64,000 bases of DNA from Candidatus Saccharimonadia bacterium (GCA_038245115.1 JBBRSS010000005.1:3141-67140); one strand, 5' to 3'. Positions 19,669 through 29,699 are shown, counted from the stretch's first letter. Notes: a model not told the origin generated them from the letters alone. Numbers and translations: made by a program.

Positions 19669-20828
19669 TTGGCCTCCACTTCCCGTATAGCATTCATTAG
19701 CTCCATGGCGCTCTGCTCCCAACCAAACATCTGCGCGCGCACCTGACCTTTGATAATAAGTTCCTCGCGAAGGTTCTGATCGGTCAGCAGGAGCTGCAAC
19801 TTGGCGGTGATATCGGCCTCGTTCTCGGCGTCTACATACACCGCAGCGTGCCCGCAAACACCCGGCAATGATGAATTGTTGCCCACTAGCACCGGAACTC
19901 CGCAAGCCATCGCTTGAAGCGGCGGGATACCGAACCCTTCGTAAAGGCTGGGCCAGGCGAGCAAGACTGCCCCCGAGAAGAGCGCCGGGAGATCGGTATC
20001 GCCAATGTATCCGGTAGGCAGGATAATCTGATCCCCCGCTGCACGCGCAGCGGCTACTTCGGCGTCAATCTCTTCTGCTCTCCACCCCCCGCCTCCGACC
20101 AAAAGGAGCGGATGGCGGCTACGGAGAGCCACCGGTAGGGCGCGGTAAGCACGGATGAGCCGGACAAGGTTTTTGCGTGGCTCGATATTCCCAAGAAACA
20201 ACAGGTAATCATCCGGGAGACTATACTTGGCCTTCAATGCGGCCACTTCACCGGAGGGACGGTTGTAATATTCGGCCCTATCTACGCCACATGGAACGAT
20301 CTGAATTTTCTCATCCGGCGTACCGAAGTATTTCATGATTTCGGTCCGGCTGAAGTCCGAAAGCGTGGCCACCTTATCGGTCCGCTTAATCCATTTGGGG
20401 ACGTTTGTGGCGAGTAGGTATTGGTGACGCTTGGTAGTTGCGTCTGGGTAAGCCATGTAGCTGGTGTCGTATACGAAAGTAATGCTCTTTGAATGCAGCA
20501 GCGGCCAGCTGCGATAATTTCCAAATAAATACAGCCCGCGGCCTAGAATAAGATCCATAAAAGGCATCAGCGGGGTGGCAGGGAGGCGGTTAAATACGCG
20601 CCAAGGCAAGGGAATCGCCCGGTACTGGGCTCCCGGAATATCCCAGGCCTTAAGATAACCCAGGCTGCGGCTAGTAGCCACTAGAACCATCTCATACTTC
20701 TCGTTGAACTCGGGTTGTTTCAGTAGGGCCGCCAGTAGGCTGTATAGATGGTGCCCGACACCGCTAACTCGCGGGAGGGCGAGCGGCATACCGTCGACGA
20801 AGAACTTACGCTTGGCAGGGGTGCTCAT
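19665..20828 (-). CDS. GT4 glycosyltransferase
   Basis: 'SLYEGFGIPPLQAMACGVPV' motif. Confidence 0.75.
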   Translation of the reverse strand: MSTPAKRKFFVDGMPLALPRVSGVGHHLYSLLAALLKQPEFNEKYEMVLVATSRSLGYLKAWDIPGAQYRAIPLPWRVFNRLPATPLMPFMDLILGRGLYLFGNYRSWPLLHSKSITFVYDTSYMAYPDATTKRHQYLLATNVPKWIKRTDKVATLSDFSRTEIMKYFGTPDEKIQIVPCGVDRAEYYNRPSGEVAALKAKYSLPDDYLLFLGNIEPRKNLVRLIRAYRALPVALRSRHPLLLVGGGGWRAEEIDAEVAAARAAGDQIILPTGYIGDTDLPALFSGAVLLAWPSLYEGFGIPPLQAMACGVPVLVGNNSSLPGVCGHAAVYVDAENEADITAKLQLLLTDQNLREELIIKGQVRAQMFGWEQSAMELMNAIREVEAK

Positions 20829-20831
20829 GTG

Positions 20832-22049
20832 CTACTTGTTCTTCTTGGTTGTAATGGTCACAAATGGTGAGACAGAGTAGGGAGTGCGATCTTCTTTGAA
20901 GACGGCAAAAGAGGTGGCGCCCTCCCACCAATCACACACGGTTATACCGTCACTGTGAACAATAGCCGGATCAAGCGTATAGGTGCCATCATTCAGTATA
21001 TTAGCTACCGACCATTCCATCTCTATCCTCTGGCCCTTCTCTAGGATGCCGATGTCGTGGCGCTTGATCTTGCTGTTTGTGCCCAGCATGTGTAGGCCCG
21101 CGGAATTGCGGATAGCGAAGCCGAAAATGGGATCATCTATGCGTTCTTGGGCGGTGGCGGTGGCTCGAATAGTTATTGTACCTTCGGCGGTTTTGTCACC
21201 AACCTCAACTGATACGTCGTCATACTTGACCTGGTTGTCCCCCCAGCGCGTAGCGCCATCACCGGAAACGGCCTTGGATTGGCGATTGAAAAGTTTGGCG
21301 TATTCCATAGCAATCTCATCAGCGGTCCCTGCCGACTTGAGTACATTCTCCTCGATCAGGATGGCGCGGTCACAGTACTCACGTACAGCGTTCATGTCGT
21401 GACTTACGAACACTACTGTAGTATGACTCTTCTTGAGTTTGCGGAAATAGTCGAAACATTTGCGCTGGAAATCAGCATCGCCGACAGCTAGGACCTCGTC
21501 AACCAAAAGAATGTCGGCCTGAGCGCGAGTAGCCAGAGAGAAGGCTAGGCGGACCTGCATACCTGACGAATAATTCTTGAGGCGTTGGTCCATAAACTGC
21601 CCAAGTTCGGCAAATTCAACGATATCGTCGTACATTTCATCAATTCTTTTCTTTGAGAACCCGAGAAGTGCGCCATTCAGATAGACATTCTCGCGACCTG
21701 TGAGCTCTCCGTTAAAACCGACTCCAAGCTCAATGAATGGCACAAGTTTGCCGCTGGTCCGTAAGTTGCCCGAGCTAGGCTGGTAAATTCCCGCGAGGAT
21801 CTTGAGCAAAGTGCTTTTGCCTGAACCGTTACGGCCAACGATGCCGAAAAATTCGCCTCGTTCAATTTCGAATGAAATATCCTTGAGTGCATGCTGTACT
21901 TCTACCTCGCGGTTGCTACTGCCAAACATCTGCACAAACGTGCTTTTTATAGTGTCTACACGCTCGTGCGGCAGAACAAAATTTTTCGAGACGTGCTTTA
22001 CGCTGATGACAATGTCTTTCTTTGCCATACCCTTATACCTCCTCCGCAA
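20832..22049 (-). CDS. wzt: ABC transporter ATP-binding protein for polysaccharide export (Wzt/TagH type) with a C-terminal ~150-aa glycan-binding-like extension
   Basis: Walker A 'GRNGSGKST', ABC signature 'YSSGMQVRL', Walker B 'ILLVDE'. The extra C-terminal beta-rich domain resembles Wzt_C. Confidence 0.85.
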   Translation of the reverse strand: MRRRYKGMAKKDIVISVKHVSKNFVLPHERVDTIKSTFVQMFGSSNREVEVQHALKDISFEIERGEFFGIVGRNGSGKSTLLKILAGIYQPSSGNLRTSGKLVPFIELGVGFNGELTGRENVYLNGALLGFSKKRIDEMYDDIVEFAELGQFMDQRLKNYSSGMQVRLAFSLATRAQADILLVDEVLAVGDADFQRKCFDYFRKLKKSHTTVVFVSHDMNAVREYCDRAILIEENVLKSAGTADEIAMEYAKLFNRQSKAVSGDGATRWGDNQVKYDDVSVEVGDKTAEGTITIRATATAQERIDDPIFGFAIRNSAGLHMLGTNSKIKRHDIGILEKGQRIEMEWSVANILNDGTYTLDPAIVHSDGITVCDWWEGATSFAVFKEDRTPYSVSPFVTITTKKNK

Positions 22050-22836
22050 AGAATCGCGAACGGCGCCGGAAATAACTAACCGAGACTAGGGCAGTCACAA
22101 GAACAATACCTAAAGGTACTAGCCGAACAAGGGGGTTGGGGTAGAAGGTAGAGATAGTTTGGGAAGTAGGGTCGAGAAGGACGTACCTGGAGTCTTGAAT
22201 GATCTGAGCCAAAGGGTTAAGGATGAGATACTTTGCGTATTTGGCAGGGATAAAGTTCAGAGTATAGATGATGGGCGTCATATAAAATCCAGCCTGCAGG
22301 ACCAATTCCCAGATGTGACTGAGGTCGCGGAAGCGAACAAAAAGTGCGCTGAGATAGAAGGCTAACGAGACTGATAGAACAAAGATTTCAAGTATCAGCA
22401 GTGGGAGTAATAGCGCGTCGAGTCGAAGGGCAGTATGGGTGAAGACCATAAATATGCCTACAACCACCAGGTTCAAGAATAAGTTTATAAGTGCCGAAAA
22501 AGCCGTGGATAAGACTATGACGTAGCGGGGGAAATTGAGCTTACGCAGCAGGTCTCCGCGGCCGACGATGGAACCAATACCCTGTAGGGTAACCTCGGCA
22601 AAGTAGGTCCACAGTACGATGCCCAAAAACAAAGGAACCGGCCCAACCCCGAATCTCAAAAACCTCACAAACACCACATAAAGAATGGAGAATAGCGCGA
22701 GGGGCTTGAGTAGAGACCAGACATAGCCGAGCACAGAGCCTTGGTACCGAAGCTTGAAGTCGGTAATAACTAGCTGCCGGAGCAGGATTATGGAGTAGCG
22801 GTATCGATTGGCTAGATTGCTAAAGAATTGTTTCAC
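22033..22836 (-). CDS. wzm: ABC-2 type polysaccharide export permease (Wzm/TagG type)
   Basis: 267 aa with 6 TM helices. It overlaps the wzt start by 17 nt, consistent with an operon. Confidence 0.75.
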   Translation of the reverse strand: MKQFFSNLANRYRYSIILLRQLVITDFKLRYQGSVLGYVWSLLKPLALFSILYVVFVRFLRFGVGPVPLFLGIVLWTYFAEVTLQGIGSIVGRGDLLRKLNFPRYVIVLSTAFSALINLFLNLVVVGIFMVFTHTALRLDALLLPLLILEIFVLSVSLAFYLSALFVRFRDLSHIWELVLQAGFYMTPIIYTLNFIPAKYAKYLILNPLAQIIQDSRYVLLDPTSQTISTFYPNPLVRLVPLGIVLVTALVSVSYFRRRSRFFAEEV

Positions 22837-22965
22837 AAGCGGAAGTACACCTTTACGGATTTATCTAGATAATGAACAGGGTTCTTGGCCCACCTCACGG
22901 GTAGACTGTTCTTATGATATCTCATACCATAGGATTTATCACACCTAAACGGATCTGGAGCACGA

Positions 22966-23895
22966 ATGAAAGTATTAGTTACGGGCGCGAATGGATTTGT
23001 GGGGCCGCATTTATTGAGCGCTCTGCTGGCAGCCGGGCATCAAGTGGTGGCGACTGGGAGCAAGGGCAAGAGTGAATTACCCGAAGGGCTAACGTTTGCT
23101 AGTCTCGATCTGACCGACCGGGCTCAAGTGGACACGCTCGATTTTACGGAGATCGACGGGGTAGTACACTTGGCGGGACTGGCCGCGGTGGGGCCGTCGT
23201 TTGATGCGCCGATGCACTACATCCAGGTGAACGGCGGTATTGAATTGAACTTATTTGAGGCGGCGGCGGAGCAAGGGGCGAAGCCGCGGTTTGTGATTGT
23301 GAGCAGCGGCAGTTTGTATGACCCCACTTCCCCATTGCCGCTCACCGAGACTTCGCGGGTGAAGTGCGCTTCGCCCTACTCTGTGAGCAAGCGGTTGCAG
23401 GAAGAATTAGCCGGATACTTCGGGGTGCGGGGGTTCGAGTATGTGATAGCTCGACCGTTTAACCACATTGGGCCGGGCCAGAACGAGGGATTTATAGTGG
23501 CCGACCTGGCAAAACAGGTGGCTGAGGCCGGGAAGTCGGGGGCTAAGACTATTGCTGTCGGGAATTTGTCGGCGCGGCGTGACTACACCGATGTACGAGA
23601 TATCGTACGAGCCTATATAGCGCTGCTAGAGAAGGGCAAGAACGGGGAGACCTACAACATTTGCTCGGGGCGCTCGGTGAGCGGAGACGAGATCCTAACG
23701 GGTCTGCTGGCGCACGCCAAGAATGCCGATCTGAAACCGGTGGTGGACGAAGCCAAGGTGCGGCCGGTGGATGCGCCCGAGATATATGGCGACTACGGAA
23801 AACTGAAGGCCGATACGGGCTGGGAGCCTAGGATTGCATTGGAGCAGACGCTGGGCGAAGCGCTGGAGGACTGGCGGGGGAGAGTTGAGGGCTAG
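22966..23895 (+). CDS. NAD(P)-dependent epimerase/dehydratase (short-chain reductase), probably a GDP-4-keto-6-deoxy-D-mannose reductase/epimerase (Rmd/Fcl-like)
   Basis: 'MKVLVTGANGFVGPHL' Rossmann motif and a YxxxK-type catalytic region. Located adjacent to gmd. Confidence 0.65.
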   Translation: MKVLVTGANGFVGPHLLSALLAAGHQVVATGSKGKSELPEGLTFASLDLTDRAQVDTLDFTEIDGVVHLAGLAAVGPSFDAPMHYIQVNGGIELNLFEAAAEQGAKPRFVIVSSGSLYDPTSPLPLTETSRVKCASPYSVSKRLQEELAGYFGVRGFEYVIARPFNHIGPGQNEGFIVADLAKQVAEAGKSGAKTIAVGNLSARRDYTDVRDIVRAYIALLEKGKNGETYNICSGRSVSGDEILTGLLAHAKNADLKPVVDEAKVRPVDAPEIYGDYGKLKADTGWEPRIALEQTLGEALEDWRGRVEG

Positions 23896-23909
23896 GGCTT
23901 CGCTAGCTA

Positions 23910-23939
23910 TTGACAAACATAAGTGTTATAGGGTATAAT
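23910..23939 (+). promoter_or_regulatory. Sigma70-like promoter: TTGACA, 18-nt spacer, TATAAT
   Basis: TTGACA at 23910-23915 and TATAAT at 23934-23939, about 60 nt upstream of the 24002 CDS. Confidence 0.4.
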
Positions 23940-24001
23940 AACCTGCGTCATCAGAGACACCGTTCCGGCAACCTTGCCGACAAGTGAAATGAGATGAGCA
24001 C

Positions 24002-24379
24002 ATGTTCGATTCAACCATCATCCCGATGGCTATGGTCAGCTCGGACGACCGCCGCACCATCTCCGAGGCCACAGTCACGCATGGTGACGGAAGCGTTGAG
24101 CGCACTACGCTCATTGTGACCAAACCCGATGCGGCCCCGGTGGGCAACCACTACCATGAAGGCCGCGAGACCTTCATCCTGGTTGCCGGCTCCGGCGAGA
24201 TCCTGACTCAGGACGTGGTGGACGGTGGGGTCTACCGACGGCTGGTGCTTGCACCGGAACTGATCGAGATCCCGGCTGGCGTCGCCCACACCTTCGTGCC
24301 CAACGGGCCGATCACACTGGTGTGCCTCACGCACTGCTCATATGAGGACTTGGGGACGCATCCCTGGAAACTCGCCTGA
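24002..24379 (+). CDS. Small cupin-fold protein (possibly a WxcM/FdtA-like sugar ketoisomerase)
   Basis: 125 aa; 'GNHYHEGRETFILVAGSGEI ... VAHTF' is a cupin His motif. Confidence 0.35.
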   Translation: MFDSTIIPMAMVSSDDRRTISEATVTHGDGSVERTTLIVTKPDAAPVGNHYHEGRETFILVAGSGEILTQDVVDGGVYRRLVLAPELIEIPAGVAHTFVPNGPITLVCLTHCSYEDLGTHPWKLA

Positions 24380-24415
24380 GTGTGCCTGCCCCAGCCCCGC
24401 GAGCATCAAGCTCGC

Positions 24416-24462
24416 AGCCCCGCCGACATGTAGTCGGCGGGGTGTTTTGCTTTTATGCGAGT
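24416..24462. terminator. Rho-independent terminator
   Basis: GC stem CCCCGCCGAC-ATGTA-GTCGGCGGGG followed by TGTTTTGCTTTT. It sits between the convergent 24002 gene and gmd. Confidence 0.55.
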
Positions 24463-24472
24463 TTATTTCGGG

Positions 24473-25486
24473 CTAGGCGCCAGAACTTACGGAGCCGCGC
24501 TCTTTTTTGCCTTCAATTTCGAGATCGTTGGCGACCATCATTTTCACTAATTCGGGGAACTTAACTGTTGGCTCCCAGCCAAGCTTGGCTTTGGCTTTGC
24601 TCGGGTCGCCCAGAAGCAGGTCGACTTCGGCGGGGCGCATAAAGCGAGGATCTTGCTTCACATAGGGCTTCCAATCGGTAATGCCAACTTCGGCAAAGGA
24701 GAGGTCGAGGAGCTCGCTGATGGGGTGAGTAACACCGGTAGCCAAGACGTAGTCATCGGGCTCGTCCTGCTGGAGCATCCGCCACATGCCTTCAACGTAA
24801 TCGCCGGCAAAGCCCCAGTCGCGCTGCGAGTCGATGTTGCCAAGCGCGATCTCCTTCTGGAGACCGAGCTTGATGCGGGCAACGGAGCTAGTAATCTTGC
24901 GGGTGACGAATTCATAGCCGCGGCGAGGAGATTCGTGGTTGAAGAGGATGCCGCAGGAGGCGTGGATGCCGTAGCTTTCGCGGTAGTTGACGGTCATGAA
25001 GTGGGCATAACCCTTAGCGACGCCGTAGGGGCTGCGCGGGTGGAAGGGAGTGAGCTCATTTTGAGGAGTTTCACGGACCTTGCCATAGAGTTCGCTGGTG
25101 GAAGCCTGGTAGTAGCGCATCTTGCCCTTGCCACCATCTACGACGCGAATGGCCTCAAGCAGACGCAGAGCGCCCAAGCCAGTTATGTTGCCGGTGAGCT
25201 CGGGCTGCTTAAACGACATGGCGACAAAGCTAATGGCGCCAAGGTTGTAGACCTCGTCGGGCTGGGAGATCTCGAGGGCCGCGATGAGTGAACCCATATC
25301 AGACAGGTCGCCCTCGATGAGCTCAACCCATGGGAAGTGCTGCTCGAGGATGTGCCGTTTGGGGTTGTGCTGACCCCGGATTAATCCATAAACCTGATAA
25401 TTCTTCTCGTGGAGTAACTCAGCGAGATACATTCCATCTTGACCGGTGATGCCCGTGATGAGGGCGCGTTTCTGCGTGTTTGCCAT
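24473..25486 (-). CDS. gmd: GDP-mannose 4,6-dehydratase
   Basis: '[31 protein letters not shown] ... YNLGAISFV ... [20 protein letters not shown]' is a canonical Gmd sequence. Confidence 0.9.
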   Translation of the reverse strand: MANTQKRALITGITGQDGMYLAELLHEKNYQVYGLIRGQHNPKRHILEQHFPWVELIEGDLSDMGSLIAALEISQPDEVYNLGAISFVAMSFKQPELTGNITGLGALRLLEAIRVVDGGKGKMRYYQASTSELYGKVRETPQNELTPFHPRSPYGVAKGYAHFMTVNYRESYGIHASCGILFNHESPRRGYEFVTRKITSSVARIKLGLQKEIALGNIDSQRDWGFAGDYVEGMWRMLQQDEPDDYVLATGVTHPISELLDLSFAEVGITDWKPYVKQDPRFMRPAEVDLLLGDPSKAKAKLGWEPTVKFPELVKMMVANDLEIEGKKERGSVSSGA

Positions 25487-25600
25487 GTGTATATCACAAC
25501 CTCTTTACCTTATCGATTTTGCCGTCTTTGCTATCTGAAGTCAAACCGAGGTACGGGTCTAGGGTGGACGGTGGCCGTACTGAGGTGCTAGCGTGTCCAT

Positions 25601-26716
25601 ATGAAGATCGCAATTGACGCTCGCATGTTGTACTGGACCGGAATTGGGCGCTATACCAAGGCGCTGCTGGATGAACTGCAGCAAATTGATACTGAAAATA
25701 CTTACATTGTACTTATGCGCAAGGCGGATTGGGGTATATGGGAGCCAACGGCGGCTAATTTCACCAAGGTGGAGGCGAGCATAAATCCTTATACGCTGGG
25801 GGAGCAGTGGGCGTTTTATCTGCAGTTACGGGCTCTGAACGTGGACCTGGTGCACTTTACCGCGCCGAATACTCCCCTGCTCTACCAAGGACGTCGCGTG
25901 GTAACGATTCACGACCTGACGCTGGTGGATTTTGATACCAGCCGCGGACGAGGATTGGCAAAATTATTGCGGAGTGCCAAACGGCTGCCGTTTCGGCTGG
26001 TGTTTGGGAATAATATCCGGTTTGCAAACCAGCTGGTGACAGATACGGATTATGTACACGATCAGTTGGTGGAGCGGTTTGGGGTCAAGCACGGCCGGGT
26101 GCGCACGACCTTGCTGGCAGTGGATGCGAACGTGGCCGAACCGGCGCCAATTGAGCGGCTGGGGCCGCTGGGGCGGTATGTGTTTTATATCGGCAACGTG
26201 TACCCTTATAAGAATTTGAGCTCGACATTGAAGGCAATGGCTTTAATGGATATGAAATATAGTGATGTGAAACTGATAGTGGCGGGCAAGCGCGATGCGT
26301 TTAGTGCCGAGCTGGAGCGCGAGGCGGCGGAATTGGGGCTGGCCGAGCGGGTGAAATTCGTGGGCTACGTGAGCGATGGCGAGATGATCTCGTTGTACCG
26401 CGGGGCGGCCGCCTACGTGAACCCGTCGCTGTCGGAGGGTTTTGGGCTGCAGGGCTTGGAGGCAATGGCCCAGGGCACGCCGGTGGTGGCGGCCAAGGCG
26501 ACGTGCCTACCCGAGGTTTACGGCGAGGCGGCAGAGTATTTTGACCCTAAGGACGCGAGTGATCAGGCGGCGGCACTGGGGCGGGTGCTGGATGACAAGG
26601 CGTTGGCAAATAAGTTGCGCACGGCGGGCAAGGAGCGCGTGAAGGCGTTCTCGTGGCGGCGAATGGCCGAGCAGACGTTGGAGGCTTATGAGGCGGCGGG
26701 GGCGGCCTCTAAGTAG
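25601..26716 (+). CDS. GT4 glycosyltransferase
   Basis: 'SLSEGFGLQGLEAMAQGTPVV' motif. Confidence 0.75.
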   Translation: MKIAIDARMLYWTGIGRYTKALLDELQQIDTENTYIVLMRKADWGIWEPTAANFTKVEASINPYTLGEQWAFYLQLRALNVDLVHFTAPNTPLLYQGRRVVTIHDLTLVDFDTSRGRGLAKLLRSAKRLPFRLVFGNNIRFANQLVTDTDYVHDQLVERFGVKHGRVRTTLLAVDANVAEPAPIERLGPLGRYVFYIGNVYPYKNLSSTLKAMALMDMKYSDVKLIVAGKRDAFSAELEREAAELGLAERVKFVGYVSDGEMISLYRGAAAYVNPSLSEGFGLQGLEAMAQGTPVVAAKATCLPEVYGEAAEYFDPKDASDQAAALGRVLDDKALANKLRTAGKERVKAFSWRRMAEQTLEAYEAAGAASK

Positions 26717-26719
26717 GCT

Positions 26720-26767
26720 AACCGGCCTCGCCTGCGCCCGCACCGGTGAGGCCGGTTAGCCTTGGGT
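26720..26767 (+). terminator. Terminator-like hairpin with a perfect 15-bp stem
   Basis: Stem AGGCTAACCGGCCTC ... GAGGCCGGTTAGCCT with an ~18-nt loop, immediately 3' of the GT4 gene. No clear U-tract follows. Confidence 0.3.
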
Positions 26768-26865
26768 TGGCTGGATTTACTACGAGACTATTAGATGTAA
26801 GCCGATATTTACTTTCGTATTACGTTGAGATAGAATGTAAGAAATTGGAGCTTACTGTGGCTATA

Positions 26866-27105
26866 ATGAAACCATCTTCGAAAAATCAGATCGTAATCCC
26901 ACGTGCAATCCGGGAGAAGCTGGGCATTGGGCCAGGGACGCCGGTATTTATCAATATGGTTGGCGACGATGAGGCTCGGATAAGCACGAAATCGGTGCTG
27001 GAACGCTACGCCGGGACGATGCCGGGAGTGTGGGGGGAGGATCCCGCGGCGACTATCCGCCGCGACCGGGACGAATGGGATGAGCGGCTGGACGTAGATC
27101 GGTGA
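26866..27105 (+). CDS. vapB: VapB-type antitoxin (SpoVT/AbrB domain)
   Basis: 'MKPSSKNQIVIPRAIREKLGIGPGTPV' swapped-hairpin motif. It overlaps vapC by 4 nt. Start could be the ATG at 26866 or the GTG at 26857; the track's longer 26746 start is unlikely. Confidence 0.6.
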   Translation: MKPSSKNQIVIPRAIREKLGIGPGTPVFINMVGDDEARISTKSVLERYAGTMPGVWGEDPAATIRRDRDEWDERLDVDR

Positions 27106-27521
27106 GGATAGCGCTCGACTCCAATATATTCATCTACGCCCTAGAGCAAAATAGCGACTGGAGTAAGTCCGCGATCGCAGTATTGAGGCAACTAGAGGGA
27201 GACCGTGTCACGGGGGTGGCGTCGGTGTTGTGCCTGAGTGAGGTGTTGGCGGCTCCTTTTATGGAGTCCCAACAGATGGGAGATGACGCCCAGCTGTTTA
27301 TGGAGGGGCTGGAGGGGCTGGATTATATACCGATGAATGCGGAGATAGCTATACGGGCGGGGCGATTGCGAGCCGCGCATGGGCCAAAACTCAAAACGCC
27401 AGATTCAATTCATCTGGCGACAGCGCTATGGGAACGAGCGGACTATTTTGTGACGAATGATCGCGAGCTGCTAAAGCTCGCTAACTTAAAGATAATATTA
27501 CTGGGTGAGCCACTGAGCTAG
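27102..27521 (+). CDS. vapC: VapC-type PIN-domain toxin
   Basis: 'MRIALDSNIFIYALE' with conserved acidic residues (D6, E, D near TNDRELL); 139 aa. Confidence 0.7.
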   Translation: MRIALDSNIFIYALEQNSDWSKSAIAVLRQLEGDRVTGVASVLCLSEVLAAPFMESQQMGDDAQLFMEGLEGLDYIPMNAEIAIRAGRLRAAHGPKLKTPDSIHLATALWERADYFVTNDRELLKLANLKIILLGEPLS

Positions 27522-27536
27522 GGCTCAAACCGGCGG

Positions 27537-27992
27537 CTATTTGGCGGGTAGCACAACGATGCGGCGGTCGTGGGATTCGCCGCGAGACTCGGTGGCAACT
27601 CCGTCGATGTCGCGCAGGGTCATGTGGACGATGCGGCGATCGGCGGGATTCATGGGCTTGAGCTCTTCTTCGGCGCCGGATTCTTTGACACGCTCAGCGA
27701 CTTCGCGGGCGAGCTCTTCGAGCTGGGCGCGGCGGGCTTCTTTGTAGCCGGCGACGTCCACAAGGACGCGCGGGGACAGGCCGTCGTGGGCTTTGACCAT
27801 CTGATTGATCAGGTATTCGATGGCGCGCAGGGTTTCGCCGCGGTGGCCGATGAGGCGGGGGCTATCGGGGGTGCCGTCGATTTTGAGCTCGATGCCATCG
27901 TCGGTAACATCGGCGGCGACTTTGACGTTAATGCCAAAAAAAGAAACCAGCTCTTCGAGACGCAATTTGGAGAATTCTAAAGTATCACTCAT
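27537..27992 (-). CDS. Jag/KhpB-like RNA-binding protein (KH + R3H domains)
   Basis: 'GIELKIDGTPDSPRLIGHRGETLRAIEYLINQMV' matches a KH domain. Its position immediately downstream of yidC is the conserved one. Confidence 0.7.
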   Translation of the reverse strand: MSDTLEFSKLRLEELVSFFGINVKVAADVTDDGIELKIDGTPDSPRLIGHRGETLRAIEYLINQMVKAHDGLSPRVLVDVAGYKEARRAQLEELAREVAERVKESGAEEELKPMNPADRRIVHMTLRDIDGVATESRGESHDRRIVVLPAK

Positions 27993-28783
27993 TATTTCTT
28001 CCTCTTCTTCTTACCCTTGGAACGATGTGAGTGCTCCTTGGGCAGTGCTACCGGAGTAGGGGTGCCGTCTTCGAGCTCTTGGACGTCACGCTTGAGAACG
28101 AGGTATTGCTGGAGAATGGCGATTGAGCTGGCGGTAAACCAGTAGAGCGGCAGGGCGGAAGGTAGTGACAGGCCAATGAAGAAGGTGACGGCAGGAAAAA
28201 TGTAGACCATGCCCGTCATCATTTGCGCCTGGGTGTCTCCGGGGGTGTGTTTGGGGGTGATCTGCTTGGTCTGAATAAACTGGGCGAGCCCGGCCATGGC
28301 GGCCAGGAGGATAGAGGGTTTGGTGAGGTTGATGGCGCCAAACAGGGTGGGGTGGAAAATAGCGTTGTTCTTGATAATCTCGGCAATTGGGGTGAGGTGA
28401 GCGACCGGAGCGTAAACCAGTTTGGCGATTTCACCAACTTTGACGATATCCTTGAGCACAATAAAGAGAGCAAAGAAAATAGGTAGCTGGATGATTAAGG
28501 GTAGGAACGAGGCGAAGGGGTTAATTTCGCGCTCTTTGTAGAGCTCCATGGTGAGTTTACCCTCGAGGGTGCGATCGCCGGCGGCTTCGGTTTTGATGCG
28601 CTTGAGCTCGGGCTGGAGCTCCTGGAGGGCGCGCTGCGAATGGAGCTGCTTGGTGACGAGAGGCCAGAGGGCGCCGCGGATGATTATGGTGAGCAGAATA
28701 ATGGCCAGACCAAAGTCCCCAACAATGGCGTAGCAAACCGCCAAGAGGTTGAAGATCGGTTGGACGAACAGAGTGTTAAACAT
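27992..28783 (-). CDS. yidC: YidC/Oxa1-family membrane protein insertase (short form)
   Basis: 263 aa with 5 TM helices, a conserved 'PLYWFTASSIAILQQYLV' C-terminal helix and a Lys-rich tail. It lies in the rnpA-yidC-jag synteny. Confidence 0.8.
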   Translation of the reverse strand: MFNTLFVQPIFNLLAVCYAIVGDFGLAIILLTIIIRGALWPLVTKQLHSQRALQELQPELKRIKTEAAGDRTLEGKLTMELYKEREINPFASFLPLIIQLPIFFALFIVLKDIVKVGEIAKLVYAPVAHLTPIAEIIKNNAIFHPTLFGAINLTKPSILLAAMAGLAQFIQTKQITPKHTPGDTQAQMMTGMVYIFPAVTFFIGLSLPSALPLYWFTASSIAILQQYLVLKRDVQELEDGTPTPVALPKEHSHRSKGKKKRKK

Positions 28784-28807
28784 ATCTGATTGAAGCTCCG
28801 AAAGTGA

Positions 28808-29155
28808 TTAACGTTGGTCGACGTGGGCGCGGGCGAGAGCTTTCGCAAGATGGCTGGTGAGCTCTGCGGCGGGCAATTCGCTGATGTCGGCATGAACACT
28901 TACTACTATATCGTAACCGGGTTGGACTGTCGCCCAACTTTCGCGCAGCAGCTCAATGAGCCGGCGGCGAATGCGGTTGCGCACGACGGCGCGTTTGCTA
29001 ACTTTCTTGCCGACAACCACCACTAAACGGGTGACGGGGCGGCCGGAAGTTGCGGCCTTAACCGACAAAACGCCCCCAGAACCTCCATAGGCACCGCGTT
29101 TGTATACACGGGCAATGTCGGCGGCGGAGCGCAGGCGGTTGGCACGAGCCAGCAC
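28808..29155 (-). CDS. rnpA: Ribonuclease P protein component
   Basis: 'VKAATSGRPVTRLVVVVGKKVSKRAVVRNRIRRRLIE' is the RnpA RNR motif. It is 4 nt downstream of rpmH. Confidence 0.85.
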   Translation of the reverse strand: MLARANRLRSAADIARVYKRGAYGGSGGVLSVKAATSGRPVTRLVVVVGKKVSKRAVVRNRIRRRLIELLRESWATVQPGYDIVVSVHADISELPAAELTSHLAKALARAHVDQR

Positions 29156-29159
29156 GAGG

Positions 29160-29297
29160 CTAGATCGCGACGCGGGCGCGGCCCTTGAGGCGGCGGCGCT
29201 TTAAGACCAGTCGACCAGCACGGGTAGACATCCGTTGGATGAACCCGTGGACGCGCTGACCGTGGATTTTCTTGGGTTGGTAAGTTCGCTTAGACAT
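29160..29297 (-). CDS. rpmH: 50S ribosomal protein L34
   Basis: Not in the ORF track (45 aa). Translation reads [45 protein letters not shown], a canonical L34. Confidence 0.9.
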   Translation of the reverse strand: MSKRTYQPKKIHGQRVHGFIQRMSTRAGRLVLKRRRLKGRARVAI

Positions 29298-29699
29298 AAC
29301 TTTGGTACTTTACGCTATCTGGAGGCTAGAGTCAACGGGTTTGAGGGTGAGTCTGAGTAGCTTAAGCGGGTTGATTGGGCGCCTGGATTTGGTTTAACTG
29401 GGCCGCTTCGGGGCTCCGCCACGTTCTTGCTCAAGAACTCGACCCCCATGTTCATCGACGCGTTGTCTTGTCTGGCTCTCGCTGCGAAGTGGCGTGTCCC
29501 CTCTTCGGCTTGGAGGAAGACCAGAAAACATTTATCTCCTCGCAACGGCGGTATGAGGGCTCGCGCCAGTAAAGTGAGCGCCTGACAAGAAAAAGGGCTG
29601 AAAAGCAGGCGGGTTGAGTTCGTGAACGAGCTGGTGTGAGACCTTGTCCGGCCAGATAAATTCTTGCAATGTTCGGTTTTCACCCAAGATTTTTCCCCG

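Noticed and set aside
18601-19905. Track ORF start at 19905 for the FkbM methyltransferase
   Set aside because: The 79-aa N-terminal extension (MRSSGASGQQFIIAGCLRARCG...) overlaps the upstream GT4 gene and is Arg/Cys-rich. The GTG at 19668 with a GGAGG RBS fits the conserved FkbM N-terminus (VNNITISYAQN).
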